Of a stretch of 44,012 nucleotides of DNA, positions 1 to 9,613 are shown piece by piece. The notes under the pieces were generated by a model that was not told the DNA's origin, did no database searches, and saw nothing but the letters and a program-made list of their open reading frames with translations. This DNA is from an uncultured bacterium (GTDB taxonomy: Bacteria; Zhuqueibacterota; QNDG01; DTFT01). How positions within the stretch are numbered: position 1 is the stretch's first letter; the number at the start of each line of letters is the position of its first letter. A program made the translations under genes and the position numbers. Where the stretch lies: NCBI GenBank assembly GCA_963736115.1, contig CAVTNR010000004.1, positions 1-44,012 on the forward strand, given 5' to 3'.

Positions 1-177
1 GGCCGCGGCTTCCATCTTGACCGGCGTCTGGAATGTGTGACCCTGCTCCGATGCCATCTGGATCAATTTAAGGAAGCCCTCGTATCCGGGGTTGGGTTCG
101 TCGGAGGGTTGCGCCATAACCGCTGTCGTGAAAGCCAGCAGGATGAACAATGCGAGCCGCCGGGTTTTAACCGTCAT
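1..177 (-). CDS. Secreted protein of unknown function, N-terminal part only (runs off the window edge)
   Basis: Manual translation from ATG at 177, preceded by AGGAGG: MTVKTRRLALFILLAFTTAVMAQPSDEPNPGYEGF..., open to position 1; Sec signal peptide. Absent from the ORF track because it is partial. Confidence 0.75.
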   Translation of the reverse strand, partial: MTVKTRRLALFILLAFTTAVMAQPSDEPNPGYEGFLKLIQMASEQGHTFQTPVKMEAAA

Positions 178-246
178 TTCAGCCTCCTAGATGAGTGTGA
201 CCGGTCGGTGTGTCGTGGAAACGCGATGGGGTGTTCGGTGTATGGT

Positions 247-275
247 AAAGTAGGAAATAATATAATGAAATGCAA
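247..275 (-). promoter_or_regulatory. Putative sigma70 promoter for the partial gene at 1-177
   Basis: Minus strand TTGCAT-17 nt-TACTTT in an AT-rich intergenic patch. Confidence 0.45.
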
Positions 276-341
276 TAAAAACAGGAATGCGGAGACGTTT
301 TTCAGAGGGGCCGGCCGCAACGGGGTGGGTCGGTAAAAACC

Positions 342-377
342 TGGGGCTGTCCAAAAAGATCCTTTTGGACAGCCCCA
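342..377 (-). terminator. Intrinsic terminator-like hairpin downstream of the amidohydrolase
   Basis: GGGGCTGTCCAAAA / TTTTGGACAGCCCC inverted repeat; on the minus strand it is followed by GGTTTTT. Confidence 0.7.
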
Positions 378-442
378 AATGAACCCGTCCCAAGCCGGGC
401 TTTTAAACATACGGATCATCCGGCTCTACGCCGTTGGACGGC

Positions 443-2464
443 TTATCGGATGAATACGCTCTTTTTCACGTCCTTCCCTTTACCGGATCTCAGAATGACC
501 ATGTAAACCCCGCCGGGCACCTGCTTCCCCGCGTCATCCGACCCATCCCATTGAATCGAATGGTTGCCCGCTTCCATCCGGCCGTGGGCCAGGGTCCTGA
601 TGCGTCTTCCGAGCACATCCGTGACCGCCAGCTCGACATCGGCGGCTGTTGGGACGTCGATCTGAATCGTCGTGACCGGATTGAAGGGATTGGGATAGTT
701 CTGGGAAACCGTGCAGCGTGCCGGGATCGCCGGCCTGCCGCCATGCCTCGGCACGGACGTGTCCGGATTGTTCCCATCGTCGTATTCGATCACACCGCCG
801 ACGATCGTCATCTGCGCCTCCAAATCCATCGCCTCGGACGGATCCATGGTGTACAGGTCATGCGACCAGATCACGAGGTCTGCGAACTTGCCGGGTTCCA
901 GCGAACCCGTGGTGGAATCGGCGAATCCGGCGTAAGCCGATCCCATGGTGTGAATACGCAGGGCTTCCTGAATCGACAGCTTTTGAGACGGATTGTATAC
1001 CGTTTCCGATGGGGAGCCGCGGCGCGCGGTCGCACCGTAGAAAGCGTACTTCGGCTCCTGAAAGAGCGAAGCCGGTACGTCGCACCCGAATGCGATGCGC
1101 ATGCCGTTGCTCAGCATCGTTTTCAGCGGCAAAAGGCGGCTGAGCGTCGCGGCATCGGTCATCCTGGCGTATGCGTCTCCGTACCACCGGATCCATTGCG
1201 GTTGTGTGGACAGGATGATGTTTCCCGCCTTCATCCGCTGCAGCGCGGATTGCGTGGGAAAGAGCCCGTGCTCGATGCGCAGCCTCGGATCAGGCCGTGG
1301 ATTGGCCGCCATGGCTTCCTCGAAAGCGGTGAGCGTCATGTCGATTCCCTCGTCCCCTGAGACGTGAACCGCCACCTGAAGGCCGGTGTTGTACAGCGTC
1401 TTGACCATCCGGTTCAGTTCCTCCTGGGAATGGTAGGGATAGGCGAGCTTGGCCGCGGGAAGGTTTCTATCGTAAAAAAGCATGGTCCCGGCGGCGAGCC
1501 CGCCGTCCTGGGCCAGTTTCCATCCGCCGAACCGGAACATGCCCGAATCGAACGGCGTGTAATTCGCCGCAAACGTATCGGCCTGCTGCGGAAAATCGAG
1601 ATACAGCATGGTGTACAGCCGCACTTTCAGGAGACCGCTGTCCGCGAACTGCTTATAGAGCCGGATGTGGTCCGCATTGCTCACGATCACGTCCTGAATG
1701 GAGGTGTACCCGGCCTCGAGGCAGAGTTGCTGGCCGGCCTCGATATCCTCGAAATACTGCGCTTCGGTCCGGTCCCCATACCCTGTGGCGTACAGACCCA
1801 CGAGGTTTTCAGCCGGGTAATGAGACAGAACGCCCGTGGCTTCGCCATCGTCATTCCTCCGGATCACGCTCCCGGGCGGATTGGGTGTATCCTTGTCGAT
1901 TCCCGCGGAATCGAGCGCCGCGGAGTTGACCACTGAATACTGCCCGCTGCTGTGGCGAAGGTACACGGGGTTGTTCGGTGTGACCGCATCCAACACCCAG
2001 CGATCCAGCGTATCCGTGGCCAGGATGGTAAAACCCTGATTCCCCGAAATCCATTCTCCGGGCTGCAATTGGGCGGCCCGGTCGCCGACGACCTGCAGGA
2101 GATCGGCCAGCGACTTGACCGCCGGGAACCGGATGTCGAGGTAGCCCGGCCAGAACTGGGCGCCGAAATACATGAGATGGTAATGGGAGTCGATCAGACC
2201 CGGGGTCACGGTTTTACCGCGCAGGTCGATCATGGTGCACTGCGGCCCAGCCAAGGGCGTGATTTCAGCATCTGTGCCGACGCCGAGTATCTTGTCTCCT
2301 TTGACCGCCACGGCCTGGACGATACGGTCCTGCGGATCGACCGTGATCACCTTTCCGTTGAACAGGATCAGGTCGGCCTGTCCGTCCGCCGGGAAGAGCG
2401 GGGAGACGATGAAACTCAGGGCACTGCAGAGGATTCCAGCCCGAATGACAGTATTCATCCTCAT
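443..2464 (-). CDS. YtcJ-like amidohydrolase (Amidohydro_3) with signal peptide and C-terminal T9SS type A / FlgD-Ig-like sorting domain
   Basis: Motifs ADLILFNGKVITVD, PGLIDSHYH (HxH), AVHVSGD, RIEH, FGCD, GSLEPGKFADLV; C-terminal QNYPNPFNPVTTI...WDGSDDAGKQVPGGVY; GGGAGG RBS. Confidence 0.88.
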   Translation of the reverse strand: MRMNTVIRAGILCSALSFIVSPLFPADGQADLILFNGKVITVDPQDRIVQAVAVKGDKILGVGTDAEITPLAGPQCTMIDLRGKTVTPGLIDSHYHLMYFGAQFWPGYLDIRFPAVKSLADLLQVVGDRAAQLQPGEWISGNQGFTILATDTLDRWVLDAVTPNNPVYLRHSSGQYSVVNSAALDSAGIDKDTPNPPGSVIRRNDDGEATGVLSHYPAENLVGLYATGYGDRTEAQYFEDIEAGQQLCLEAGYTSIQDVIVSNADHIRLYKQFADSGLLKVRLYTMLYLDFPQQADTFAANYTPFDSGMFRFGGWKLAQDGGLAAGTMLFYDRNLPAAKLAYPYHSQEELNRMVKTLYNTGLQVAVHVSGDEGIDMTLTAFEEAMAANPRPDPRLRIEHGLFPTQSALQRMKAGNIILSTQPQWIRWYGDAYARMTDAATLSRLLPLKTMLSNGMRIAFGCDVPASLFQEPKYAFYGATARRGSPSETVYNPSQKLSIQEALRIHTMGSAYAGFADSTTGSLEPGKFADLVIWSHDLYTMDPSEAMDLEAQMTIVGGVIEYDDGNNPDTSVPRHGGRPAIPARCTVSQNYPNPFNPVTTIQIDVPTAADVELAVTDVLGRRIRTLAHGRMEAGNHSIQWDGSDDAGKQVPGGVYMVILRSGKGKDVKKSVFIR

Positions 2465-2649
2465 ACCGACCTCCCGTGCATGCGCACCATAAGCCGTAAA
2501 GCCGCGTCACGATCCGATTGTTACTTATTATTTCAGAAAACCGGACTATTTCGAAAAAGGGTCTTTGATCGCGCGTCATTCCAGGAGGAATCAGGAGGGG
2601 ATGAAAAGGGATGGGTCAAACGACGAATGCCCTCCCGCTTGTATAGTTC

Positions 2650-2678
2650 TATATAATGAGTTAATCTTGAAAAATCAA
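2650..2678 (-). promoter_or_regulatory. Putative sigma70 promoter for the amidohydrolase
   Basis: Minus strand TTGATT-17 nt-TATATA. Confidence 0.35.
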
Positions 2679-2738
2679 GCAAATATTTGCCAAGCGGATC
2701 TGTGAATGAGTGCCGTAAAGCTGTGTCTACAACAAGAA

Positions 2739-2818
2739 CAACCTCCCGCGGGTTTTTGCACACCCTCGGGAGGTTGGTTTACCAAACGGTCGACGCGCCT
2801 TCAAGGTGCGTCGACCGT
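2739..2818. repeat. Two adjacent REP-like palindromes; may terminate the serine hydrolase transcript
   Basis: CAACCTCCCG...CGGGAGGTTG (2739-2776) and ACGGTCGACGCGCCTTCAAGGTGCGTCGACCGT (2786-2818). Confidence 0.6.
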
Positions 2819-2825
2819 GATCCAT

Positions 2826-3975
2826 CTATCTCCCGCTCAGATGATACTCGATCAGCTTCCCGATCACCGTATCCATGGCCCCGGGAGTCGTGCTCGCGCA
2901 GATGTTCGTGGCCGCGATAACGCCGAACTTCCGGTTCGGGGCGAGCCAAGCGACCGCGAAATTGTACGTATTGCTCCCGGAATGCGTCATCGCCTTCCCC
3001 TCCGCCCAATCCCGCTGAAGCACGATCCACCCGGCCGCATAGGATCCTTCCCCGGGCATGGGAGTCGCGCCCGTCGTCAGAACCGCCGCGGTCTCGGCAC
3101 TCAGGCCGACAGGATTACCGGCTTCGCATGCCAGAACCCACTGGATATACCTGCCCCAATCGCCGATGGACATGTGGAGCCTGCCCGCGGAGTTGTATAC
3201 CGAAGGATTATCCGCTGATTCCGTGGGTTCAAGGGGCTTGTATTTCGGAGAATGCTGAAGGGGTCTGGTCCTCCAAACCGATAGTGCCCATGGGGCCCCA
3301 TCCGGCTGTTGTGATTCCCAGCGGACCGAGAACACGCTCAAACAGGAGGTCCTCATAAGGAGTACCGGTCAGCTTGTCCGCAATTGCCGCGGCAATGATA
3401 TACCCGACATTGCTGTAATTGTAAGTGCCCCTTGCATTGGTCGGGTTCTGCTGAAGCGCCCAGGAGGTGACTTCCCTCCTCTGCTCGACGATTGTTGGTG
3501 TCGTCATCTGAGAAGCGACGTTCCCGACCAGTCCGCTTCCATGGGACAGAACATCTTTAACAGTCACGGATTTATACTGATCTTGCATGATTTCAGCATA
3601 CTCTGGAAAGATGGCCGGCAATGTCGTGTCCCAGGTTAAAAGTCCATCGTCGACCAGGTATCCGACCAGGACAGCCGTGAGCGCTTTCGTGTCCGAGCCA
3701 AGATGGAACTTGTCATTATCCGTCACATTCGCCTCTCCGGCGTATCTCCGGCACCCGACAGCTCTTGCCTCCACCACACCCGTATCCGTGACGACCGCAC
3801 CCGCCAGAGCTGGAAGGTCGTAAGCATACCGGAGCGAATCCAGTATTGTTGCAAAACGGGAGTCATGAACAGTCGGGGCTGGCGGTTGGGGCTTATCCGA
3901 ACCAGTCGAGGATTTTCCGCAGGAGTTGGAGGTTATCACAATGAACACGAATGACAGCAGGAAGCATCTCTTCAT
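2826..3975 (-). pseudogene. Serine hydrolase (beta-lactamase/AmpC-like family) lipoprotein, split by a +1 frameshift near 3264 (possibly a sequencing error)
   Basis: ORF 3229-3975 has a lipobox-like SNSC, SxxK (GSDTK), LSHGSGL and YSN. ORF 2826-3356 supplies the C-terminus with HSGS. Removing one base at about 3264 gives a continuous GLEDQPLQHSPK. Confidence 0.8.
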
Positions 3976-4138
3976 CTGGTTCCCCTTCCGGATCTCTTTT
4001 GGGTGGTTATTACCGTAAAATACTCAATTATTTCTGAAAAGTGAAGCTCGGACTCAATGTTCAGGATGAAGGGACAATCATCCAATTTTAATGCCTGTCA
4101 CAAGAGGCTCAATTATCGACAGGACAGGAAACATCGAG

Positions 4139-5905
4139 CTAAAACGTATTCCTCACCCCCACATGCACCTTGCCCCTCGACAGGCTGCCGCCCTCGCCGA
4201 GCCCGTAATCGACTCCCACAACCCCAAGCCGCGTTTCCAGACGGATACCCAGGCCGTAACCGAAAACCGTATCCTCCACCCGAAAACCGGACTTTTCACG
4301 ACGCTGGTAGGTTCCGATATCCATGAAAAGAAAAGCTCTGGACCTGGGTCCGAAGAGGTAGCGGTACTCGGCGTTCAGCCAGGCGGCCTCAGAGGCGCGG
4401 AAAGCATCCTCCTCATACCCCCGCACGGTCAGAGTGCCTCCGAATCGAATCTGATCCGCCAGAGGCACTGCGCCTTCCCCGGTTTCAACCTCCCTGCCGT
4501 GCAGGCCGAGGTAAACCGCCTGACGCCTGAAGGTCGGCAGAACCGCTTCCACATCCGCGGACAGGAAACGGGTGTTCGAAGAACGGACCAGGCTGTCCTC
4601 CGCGATCAGGTAGGTTGGCCCCAGATTCCGCTTGCGGCCGAAAGAAACCGTGGAACGGGTTCTGGCCCCGCGCCTGGGATTCACCGGATCGTCTAAAGCG
4701 TTGTAATCCGCGGAAAAGGACACGAACCAGGTCGAATTCCTCGGCACGCGCGAAATCGCGCTTCCGAGAGAATCCGGGAGAATGAACTTCCGTCCCGCCT
4801 GTACAGCCGCGGACAGGGATGGCCAGGGCGCGGCCCTGACAGCCGCCTGCCATTCCCGCTCCACATAAGTCGTGTCGCGTATCTCCTGCCTGAAATATAT
4901 GCCAGGATAAAGGGGCTTTCCAAACAACCAGGGCTCCTCATAACCGAAACGGATGTTCTGCGTGCGCTCGTCCTTCTTCTCCCAGAAAGCCTCGAGCTTG
5001 CGGCCCGTGCCCATGAGGTTCTGGAACTCGAACTCCAGCCTGCCCGTGAAATAGCCCTTCGCGTCCAAATCCTCGGTCCTGGGGGGATTGTAACCGATCA
5101 CGCCGTCAAAGGTGTTCGTTCCGCCTTCCTGCACCGTGAAGGAAACATCCGCTTTGTCTGCGTAAAAACGCAGATCCGGATCCTGCACGTCCTTGAAATA
5201 GCCCAGCCGCCGCAGGTTGGCGGTCGCGGCTTCGACATCCCTTGTGCGGAAAACCTGGCCCGGTTTCAGCCGCGTTTCCCGCAGAATGACGTACTTTCGG
5301 GTCAGGGTATTGCCGGACGTGTTCAGGTTTCCTATTATAACCTGCGGACCCGCGGTCACATCCAGATCCGCTTCGATTCCGTAACCGTCCGGAGCCGGGT
5401 AAACGGACTGTATCGTAACCGAGGCCAGGGGACGGCCCTGGTTGGACAGATGGGACAGGATGCGGGACATGCCGGATTGCAGACGGGATTCCATGAATGG
5501 AGAACCGGGATCCATGTCGAGAATCTCCCGCAATACCGGGCTCTCGTTTCCGTCCATGCGGATGCGGATGTTTCCCGTTCTGGCGACAGGACCTTCGGTC
5601 AGCCAGATTTCAAGCCTGAGTCTTCCATTCTCCATTTTTTCAAAACGGATCGAGTCGACGCGGGAGTCGAAGTATCCGTCGTTTTGATATGCCTCTAAAA
5701 GTTTTTCTATGGATTGATTCGGCCAGTCTTTTGGCAGAGGGCTGCCGGGTTTTATCGCAAGGGATTGGACGATTTGGGACGTGGACAGGTGTCTGCGGCC
5801 GTGGATACGGATGTCGCCGATCACGGAGGAGTCCTGGTGAGCCGCGAGGGAGACGCCGAAGGTTATAAGGGAATAGAGCAGGATTTGTTTTATCGTTCTA
5901 TTCAT
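4139..5905 (-). CDS. Omp85 (BamA/TamA-family) outer-membrane protein with POTRA domains
   Basis: Signal peptide; POTRA-like IRIHGRRHLS and SGNTLTRKYVILRE...RLGYF; barrel NLMGTGRKL, VRGYEE motif, GYGLGIRLETRLG; terminal Phe. Confidence 0.88.
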   Translation of the reverse strand: MNRTIKQILLYSLITFGVSLAAHQDSSVIGDIRIHGRRHLSTSQIVQSLAIKPGSPLPKDWPNQSIEKLLEAYQNDGYFDSRVDSIRFEKMENGRLRLEIWLTEGPVARTGNIRIRMDGNESPVLREILDMDPGSPFMESRLQSGMSRILSHLSNQGRPLASVTIQSVYPAPDGYGIEADLDVTAGPQVIIGNLNTSGNTLTRKYVILRETRLKPGQVFRTRDVEAATANLRRLGYFKDVQDPDLRFYADKADVSFTVQEGGTNTFDGVIGYNPPRTEDLDAKGYFTGRLEFEFQNLMGTGRKLEAFWEKKDERTQNIRFGYEEPWLFGKPLYPGIYFRQEIRDTTYVEREWQAAVRAAPWPSLSAAVQAGRKFILPDSLGSAISRVPRNSTWFVSFSADYNALDDPVNPRRGARTRSTVSFGRKRNLGPTYLIAEDSLVRSSNTRFLSADVEAVLPTFRRQAVYLGLHGREVETGEGAVPLADQIRFGGTLTVRGYEEDAFRASEAAWLNAEYRYLFGPRSRAFLFMDIGTYQRREKSGFRVEDTVFGYGLGIRLETRLGVVGVDYGLGEGGSLSRGKVHVGVRNTF

Positions 5906-5936
5906 TTATTTCAATAACCCCACACACTACCCATGG

Positions 5937-6006
5937 ATCCCCGATAGAAGAATTCGGGGATGACATTTCACCAACCTTCGGGAGGCTCGGAACCTCCCGG
6001 AGGTTG
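5937..6006. repeat. Two REP-like palindromes between the large OMP and the Omp85 gene
   Basis: ATCCCCGA-9 nt-TCGGGGAT followed by GAC (5937-5964); CAACCTTCGGGAGG...CCTCCCGGAGGTTG (5972-6006), which resembles the 2739-2776 element. Confidence 0.6.
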
Positions 6007-6037
6007 AATGGTCGCACCGCGAAGCGGCGCTTCAGTA

Positions 6038-9000
6038 TCAGAAAAACGCCCTCACCTCCACCTGGCCCGCGTGGAAGATTTTCGGCCGCCAGGGCTCGCG
6101 GCGTGCGCGGTACGAAAACGTGGCAGTTGCATGGCCGGACAACCGGTAGGTCATGATCCCGTTCACACGCACCGTGCGTCCCGGCTGGTCGCCCGTGAGC
6201 ATTTCATACGGCAGGGTCCTGCCCTTGGGCTCCACGGACACGCTCCCGGCCTCCAGCTCCAGCCTGAACTGGCCGCGGGTTTTCAGGGAAAAAGTCACAC
6301 GCGGCATGAGGAAAAGGGAGCGGGCAGACGTGGCTGGATCCGGCTCCTCGTCATCCGCGATCCTGGCCTTGACTTTCAGCGCCAGCTCGATGTCCTGCCT
6401 CGGCCGGTAAGATCCTTCCGCGGTCGCCGCGTCGACACGGATGTTCCGGTCCTGCCGCAGGGCCTGGATATAATCTTTTTTCTCCCCGGACCGCTCCACC
6501 TCGACCAGAAGCCCGACCAGGCGTGACGGGCTGGCCTTGACCCTCAGCCCGCTGCCGGAAGCCCGGCGGATCTGGCCCTCGTTGAGAAGCTGACGGTTTT
6601 CGGAATCGTCGCTTCTGAGCCGCAGGCGGACGTTCAGTCCGGCGCCCCGCGTAGTGTATTCCACGTCCTGCATCAGAGACACCACGCCGGACACGGTCGT
6701 GGAATCCGTTCCCCACACGGGACTGAAAGCCCTGCGGTTCACGGTCCCGAAGTCGCGGGTCCTGTCCTTGCGCTCGACGCGCGCCAGGGACCGGGTCTGG
6801 AAGCCGGAGATGAAACCGGCCAGTCCCCCGGCTTTGCGCCATTTCTTCGACGCGTCGATCTTCACATCCGCTTCGGTTTCGACCGCGTTCACGGGCGTGA
6901 AGCGACCGGTCTGTATGGTGCGGAACAGCACGTCGCCGTCCATGTCCGGCACGTATTCGCCGAGGGACTCGTCGAAACGGTAATCGCCCAGGCCGGCGCC
7001 TATTTTAATCGTGTCCGTGGCCATCTCGGACACCTGAGTGGACGAAAAGCGGTAGTTCAGGTCCGCGGAAACAACACGGCTTCCCGGCGAATAGCCGAAA
7101 CGCGCTTCCGCGAGGTCGGTTTTCTGGTCCTGCGCCGAGGGGCCGGTGTAGTCGCGCGTCCGGTGCGTAAAAATCAGGGACGAGGACAGGCCGCCGTCCG
7201 TCCGGGCTTCGAGCCCGAAGCGATCCGTCCTGGCCAAGGAATTCCTTTCCAGAATGCCTTGTCTGTAAACCCGGTCGTCGCGCATCGAAGAACCGGCCTC
7301 GAGACGCAGGGAACTGCGATTGAACGCCAGCTTCCCGGCCCATTCGTCGAAGCGGAATCCGGCCGCGGCGGAATCCGGCGTGGAATTTCTGCGATGCTCG
7401 CCCTCATAGGTGACGGAAGGATTGAGCATCTTCCATGGACCCTGGACGTTTCCGCTGTGGCGCAGCCAGGCACCCGTGGTTCCCGGACCGATGCGGGAGT
7501 CAATCCATTCCGCGCCGTAATGGACCAGGGGATCGCCGCCCGCGGACCGGGCCCAGGTGGCGGAAGCGGACCTGCGCTCGGAGCTGAATGTCCCCCGGCT
7601 GAACGATCCGAAGCCGGCATTCAGGCTCATGCGCAGGACCGGCGCATACGCGGCGGTGAATTCGGCGGACCGCTCGCCCCACGTCACACCCTCCGAAGCC
7701 CCCCACTTGCGGCCGTGCTCCACGTCCTCGGTTCTGCCGAGCGGCCTGAACGCGTCGTCCGTTCTGCGCAGGCGGCCGTCGAATGCGATGCGTCCCAGCC
7801 CGAGGCCGCCGATTCTCAGGCCGCGTTCCGACACGGTCAGGCGTCCGGTCGCCGCCTTGCCGGTGTTGTCTCCGTCGTCCCGGCCGGAAAACAGGTTCCG
7901 GTCCAGGTGGCTCAACGCCACTTCCCCGTCCAGCACGACTCCGGCCAGAGGCTCGAATGCCGCGCCCGCGTCCGCGATCTGCTGTCCGGACGCCAGGGGC
8001 AGGAAAATAACGGGAAGGTACACGCCTTTTCCCGGGCCCTCGTAACGGTAAATGTCGTATCCCTGAAAACTGTAATCGCCCTTCGCAGGCCCCACGTAGG
8101 AGAAATGCACGGACCAGTCGCCGTTTCCCAGTCCGCGGTACAGGTACACAGTGTTCCCCAGGGAATCAACTTTGGAGTAGTTTCCCTTGCCGGGGCCCGC
8201 GTATTTGGCGCCAGCGGTCACGGCCGAATCCGCGGCATCTCCCGCGGACCGGAGAACGGACCGGACTTCGTCCGTGATCGTCAAATCGAGCGGATTGTCC
8301 TTGTCATCCGACTCGGAAATAAAGGCGCCGCGCAGGCGGATGCGGTTCTTCCACGCGGTCATGGCCCCGGCCGCGCCCATCATCTGCCTCTGGTACTGGC
8401 GGCCCGAATATTCGAAATCCACCGTGATGCGCGATTCGGCGGTGACCAGGCATTTGCGGGTGAAGGTGATCTGGCCGGTGGCGTACTCGATGACATAGTC
8501 GTTGTCCTCGCCCCGCGTCAGCGGCCGGCCGTCCATCCAGACCTTTTCCGTGCCGGCCAGGACGATGATTTCTAGCGTGCCGCCCTCGCCCGTGAGCTGA
8601 TAGGGCCCCTGGTTGCCCTCGGTTCCGTTGAAATGGCTGGTCGTGAACTCGCCCCTGGATGCGGCCGCGAAAACCGTGACCGACCCCAGGCTTCCCTCGG
8701 CCGTCCCGGTCGCGCCCTGGAGCTTGCGCGAATACGCGGCCAGGCTCGATGCAGGCGCCTGAAACTGGAAGTCGCCGAGCGTGGCCCTGAAATGCGGCGC
8801 CCGGATTTCGATGAACACCTTGTCGATTTCCTGCAGGGTCTGGGTGTTGCCCTCGGGCTGGATCGGCGTGTTTTGATCCGTGAGAGACGCGACCACCTCA
8901 ACGTCCGAGGCGATGCGGCCCGACACCTGGAGCCGCAGGCCGGACTGGAGCCGCATGCCCTGATCCGTGCCCAGGCTCACACCCCGGAAAATGGACCCGC

Positions 9001-9445
9001 TTTTCTGGAGATTGTCCGCGAAATCATCAGCCGGGGGTCGAACCCTGGCGCGGCCGGTTGCAGGGACCGACACGGCGGACCGCGGCGCGCCGTCCGCCGT
9101 GTCCGGAGCGGATGCCGTGTACATCCGTACCGCGGTTTCGAGTTTCAGCGGCAGGCTCCTGAAACGGACGCGTATGACTTTTCCGGAATCAGGCGGCCGG
9201 GTGAAGCGGATTTCGCCGGCTGTCTCGCGGACTGTGTAGTCGCGCCATCGCTGGAGCGCTTGGGAGTCCACGAAAACGGAATCCGAACCGGGTACGATGA
9301 AAGGCCTGCCGAGTGAAAGCACGGTGTCGCGGCCCGCGGACAGATGCTCGATCCTGTGCAGGGCCGGATCCTGAAACCGGAGTGTCTGGCCCATGGAGGA
9401 GGCGGCCGTTGCGAGGATGAAAGTGAAGGGAAGTATCCGGTTCAA
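6038..9445 (-). CDS. Large predicted outer-membrane beta-barrel protein of unknown function (1135 aa)
   Basis: Signal peptide, conserved-looking block SGLRLQVSG...TDQNTPIQPEGNTQTLQEIDKVFI, many amphipathic strands, C-terminal EVRAFF beta-signal. Confidence 0.75.
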   Translation of the reverse strand: MNRILPFTFILATAASSMGQTLRFQDPALHRIEHLSAGRDTVLSLGRPFIVPGSDSVFVDSQALQRWRDYTVRETAGEIRFTRPPDSGKVIRVRFRSLPLKLETAVRMYTASAPDTADGAPRSAVSVPATGRARVRPPADDFADNLQKSGSIFRGVSLGTDQGMRLQSGLRLQVSGRIASDVEVVASLTDQNTPIQPEGNTQTLQEIDKVFIEIRAPHFRATLGDFQFQAPASSLAAYSRKLQGATGTAEGSLGSVTVFAAASRGEFTTSHFNGTEGNQGPYQLTGEGGTLEIIVLAGTEKVWMDGRPLTRGEDNDYVIEYATGQITFTRKCLVTAESRITVDFEYSGRQYQRQMMGAAGAMTAWKNRIRLRGAFISESDDKDNPLDLTITDEVRSVLRSAGDAADSAVTAGAKYAGPGKGNYSKVDSLGNTVYLYRGLGNGDWSVHFSYVGPAKGDYSFQGYDIYRYEGPGKGVYLPVIFLPLASGQQIADAGAAFEPLAGVVLDGEVALSHLDRNLFSGRDDGDNTGKAATGRLTVSERGLRIGGLGLGRIAFDGRLRRTDDAFRPLGRTEDVEHGRKWGASEGVTWGERSAEFTAAYAPVLRMSLNAGFGSFSRGTFSSERRSASATWARSAGGDPLVHYGAEWIDSRIGPGTTGAWLRHSGNVQGPWKMLNPSVTYEGEHRRNSTPDSAAAGFRFDEWAGKLAFNRSSLRLEAGSSMRDDRVYRQGILERNSLARTDRFGLEARTDGGLSSSLIFTHRTRDYTGPSAQDQKTDLAEARFGYSPGSRVVSADLNYRFSSTQVSEMATDTIKIGAGLGDYRFDESLGEYVPDMDGDVLFRTIQTGRFTPVNAVETEADVKIDASKKWRKAGGLAGFISGFQTRSLARVERKDRTRDFGTVNRRAFSPVWGTDSTTVSGVVSLMQDVEYTTRGAGLNVRLRLRSDDSENRQLLNEGQIRRASGSGLRVKASPSRLVGLLVEVERSGEKKDYIQALRQDRNIRVDAATAEGSYRPRQDIELALKVKARIADDEEPDPATSARSLFLMPRVTFSLKTRGQFRLELEAGSVSVEPKGRTLPYEMLTGDQPGRTVRVNGIMTYRLSGHATATFSYRARREPWRPKIFHAGQVEVRAFF

Positions 9446-9564
9446 GATGCGCCTGGAATCGGTCTTTGGGATGGGAGACTGGAAAAAGATACGAAATAAA
9501 GGATTAATTATAAAGGGGTTTTTACGGGGACTGATTCTGCCGGAGCGGCCAACTGAATAACAAC

Positions 9565-9594
9565 GCCCGGGGCCCTTCGGCCTGCGGCCCGGGC
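9565..9594 (-). terminator. GC-rich hairpin after the VTC gene, possible weak terminator
   Basis: GCCCGGG...CCCGGGC inverted repeat about 20 nt after the stop codon, followed by GTTGTTATT on the minus strand. Confidence 0.4.
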
Positions 9595-9613
9595 CGTCAT
9601 TTAGGGGATGAAG

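Noticed and set aside
2826-3975. Bona fide antibiotic-resistance beta-lactamase
   Set aside because: SxxK, YxN and HxG motifs are shared by many esterases and peptidases of this fold; nothing specifically indicates beta-lactam hydrolysis.
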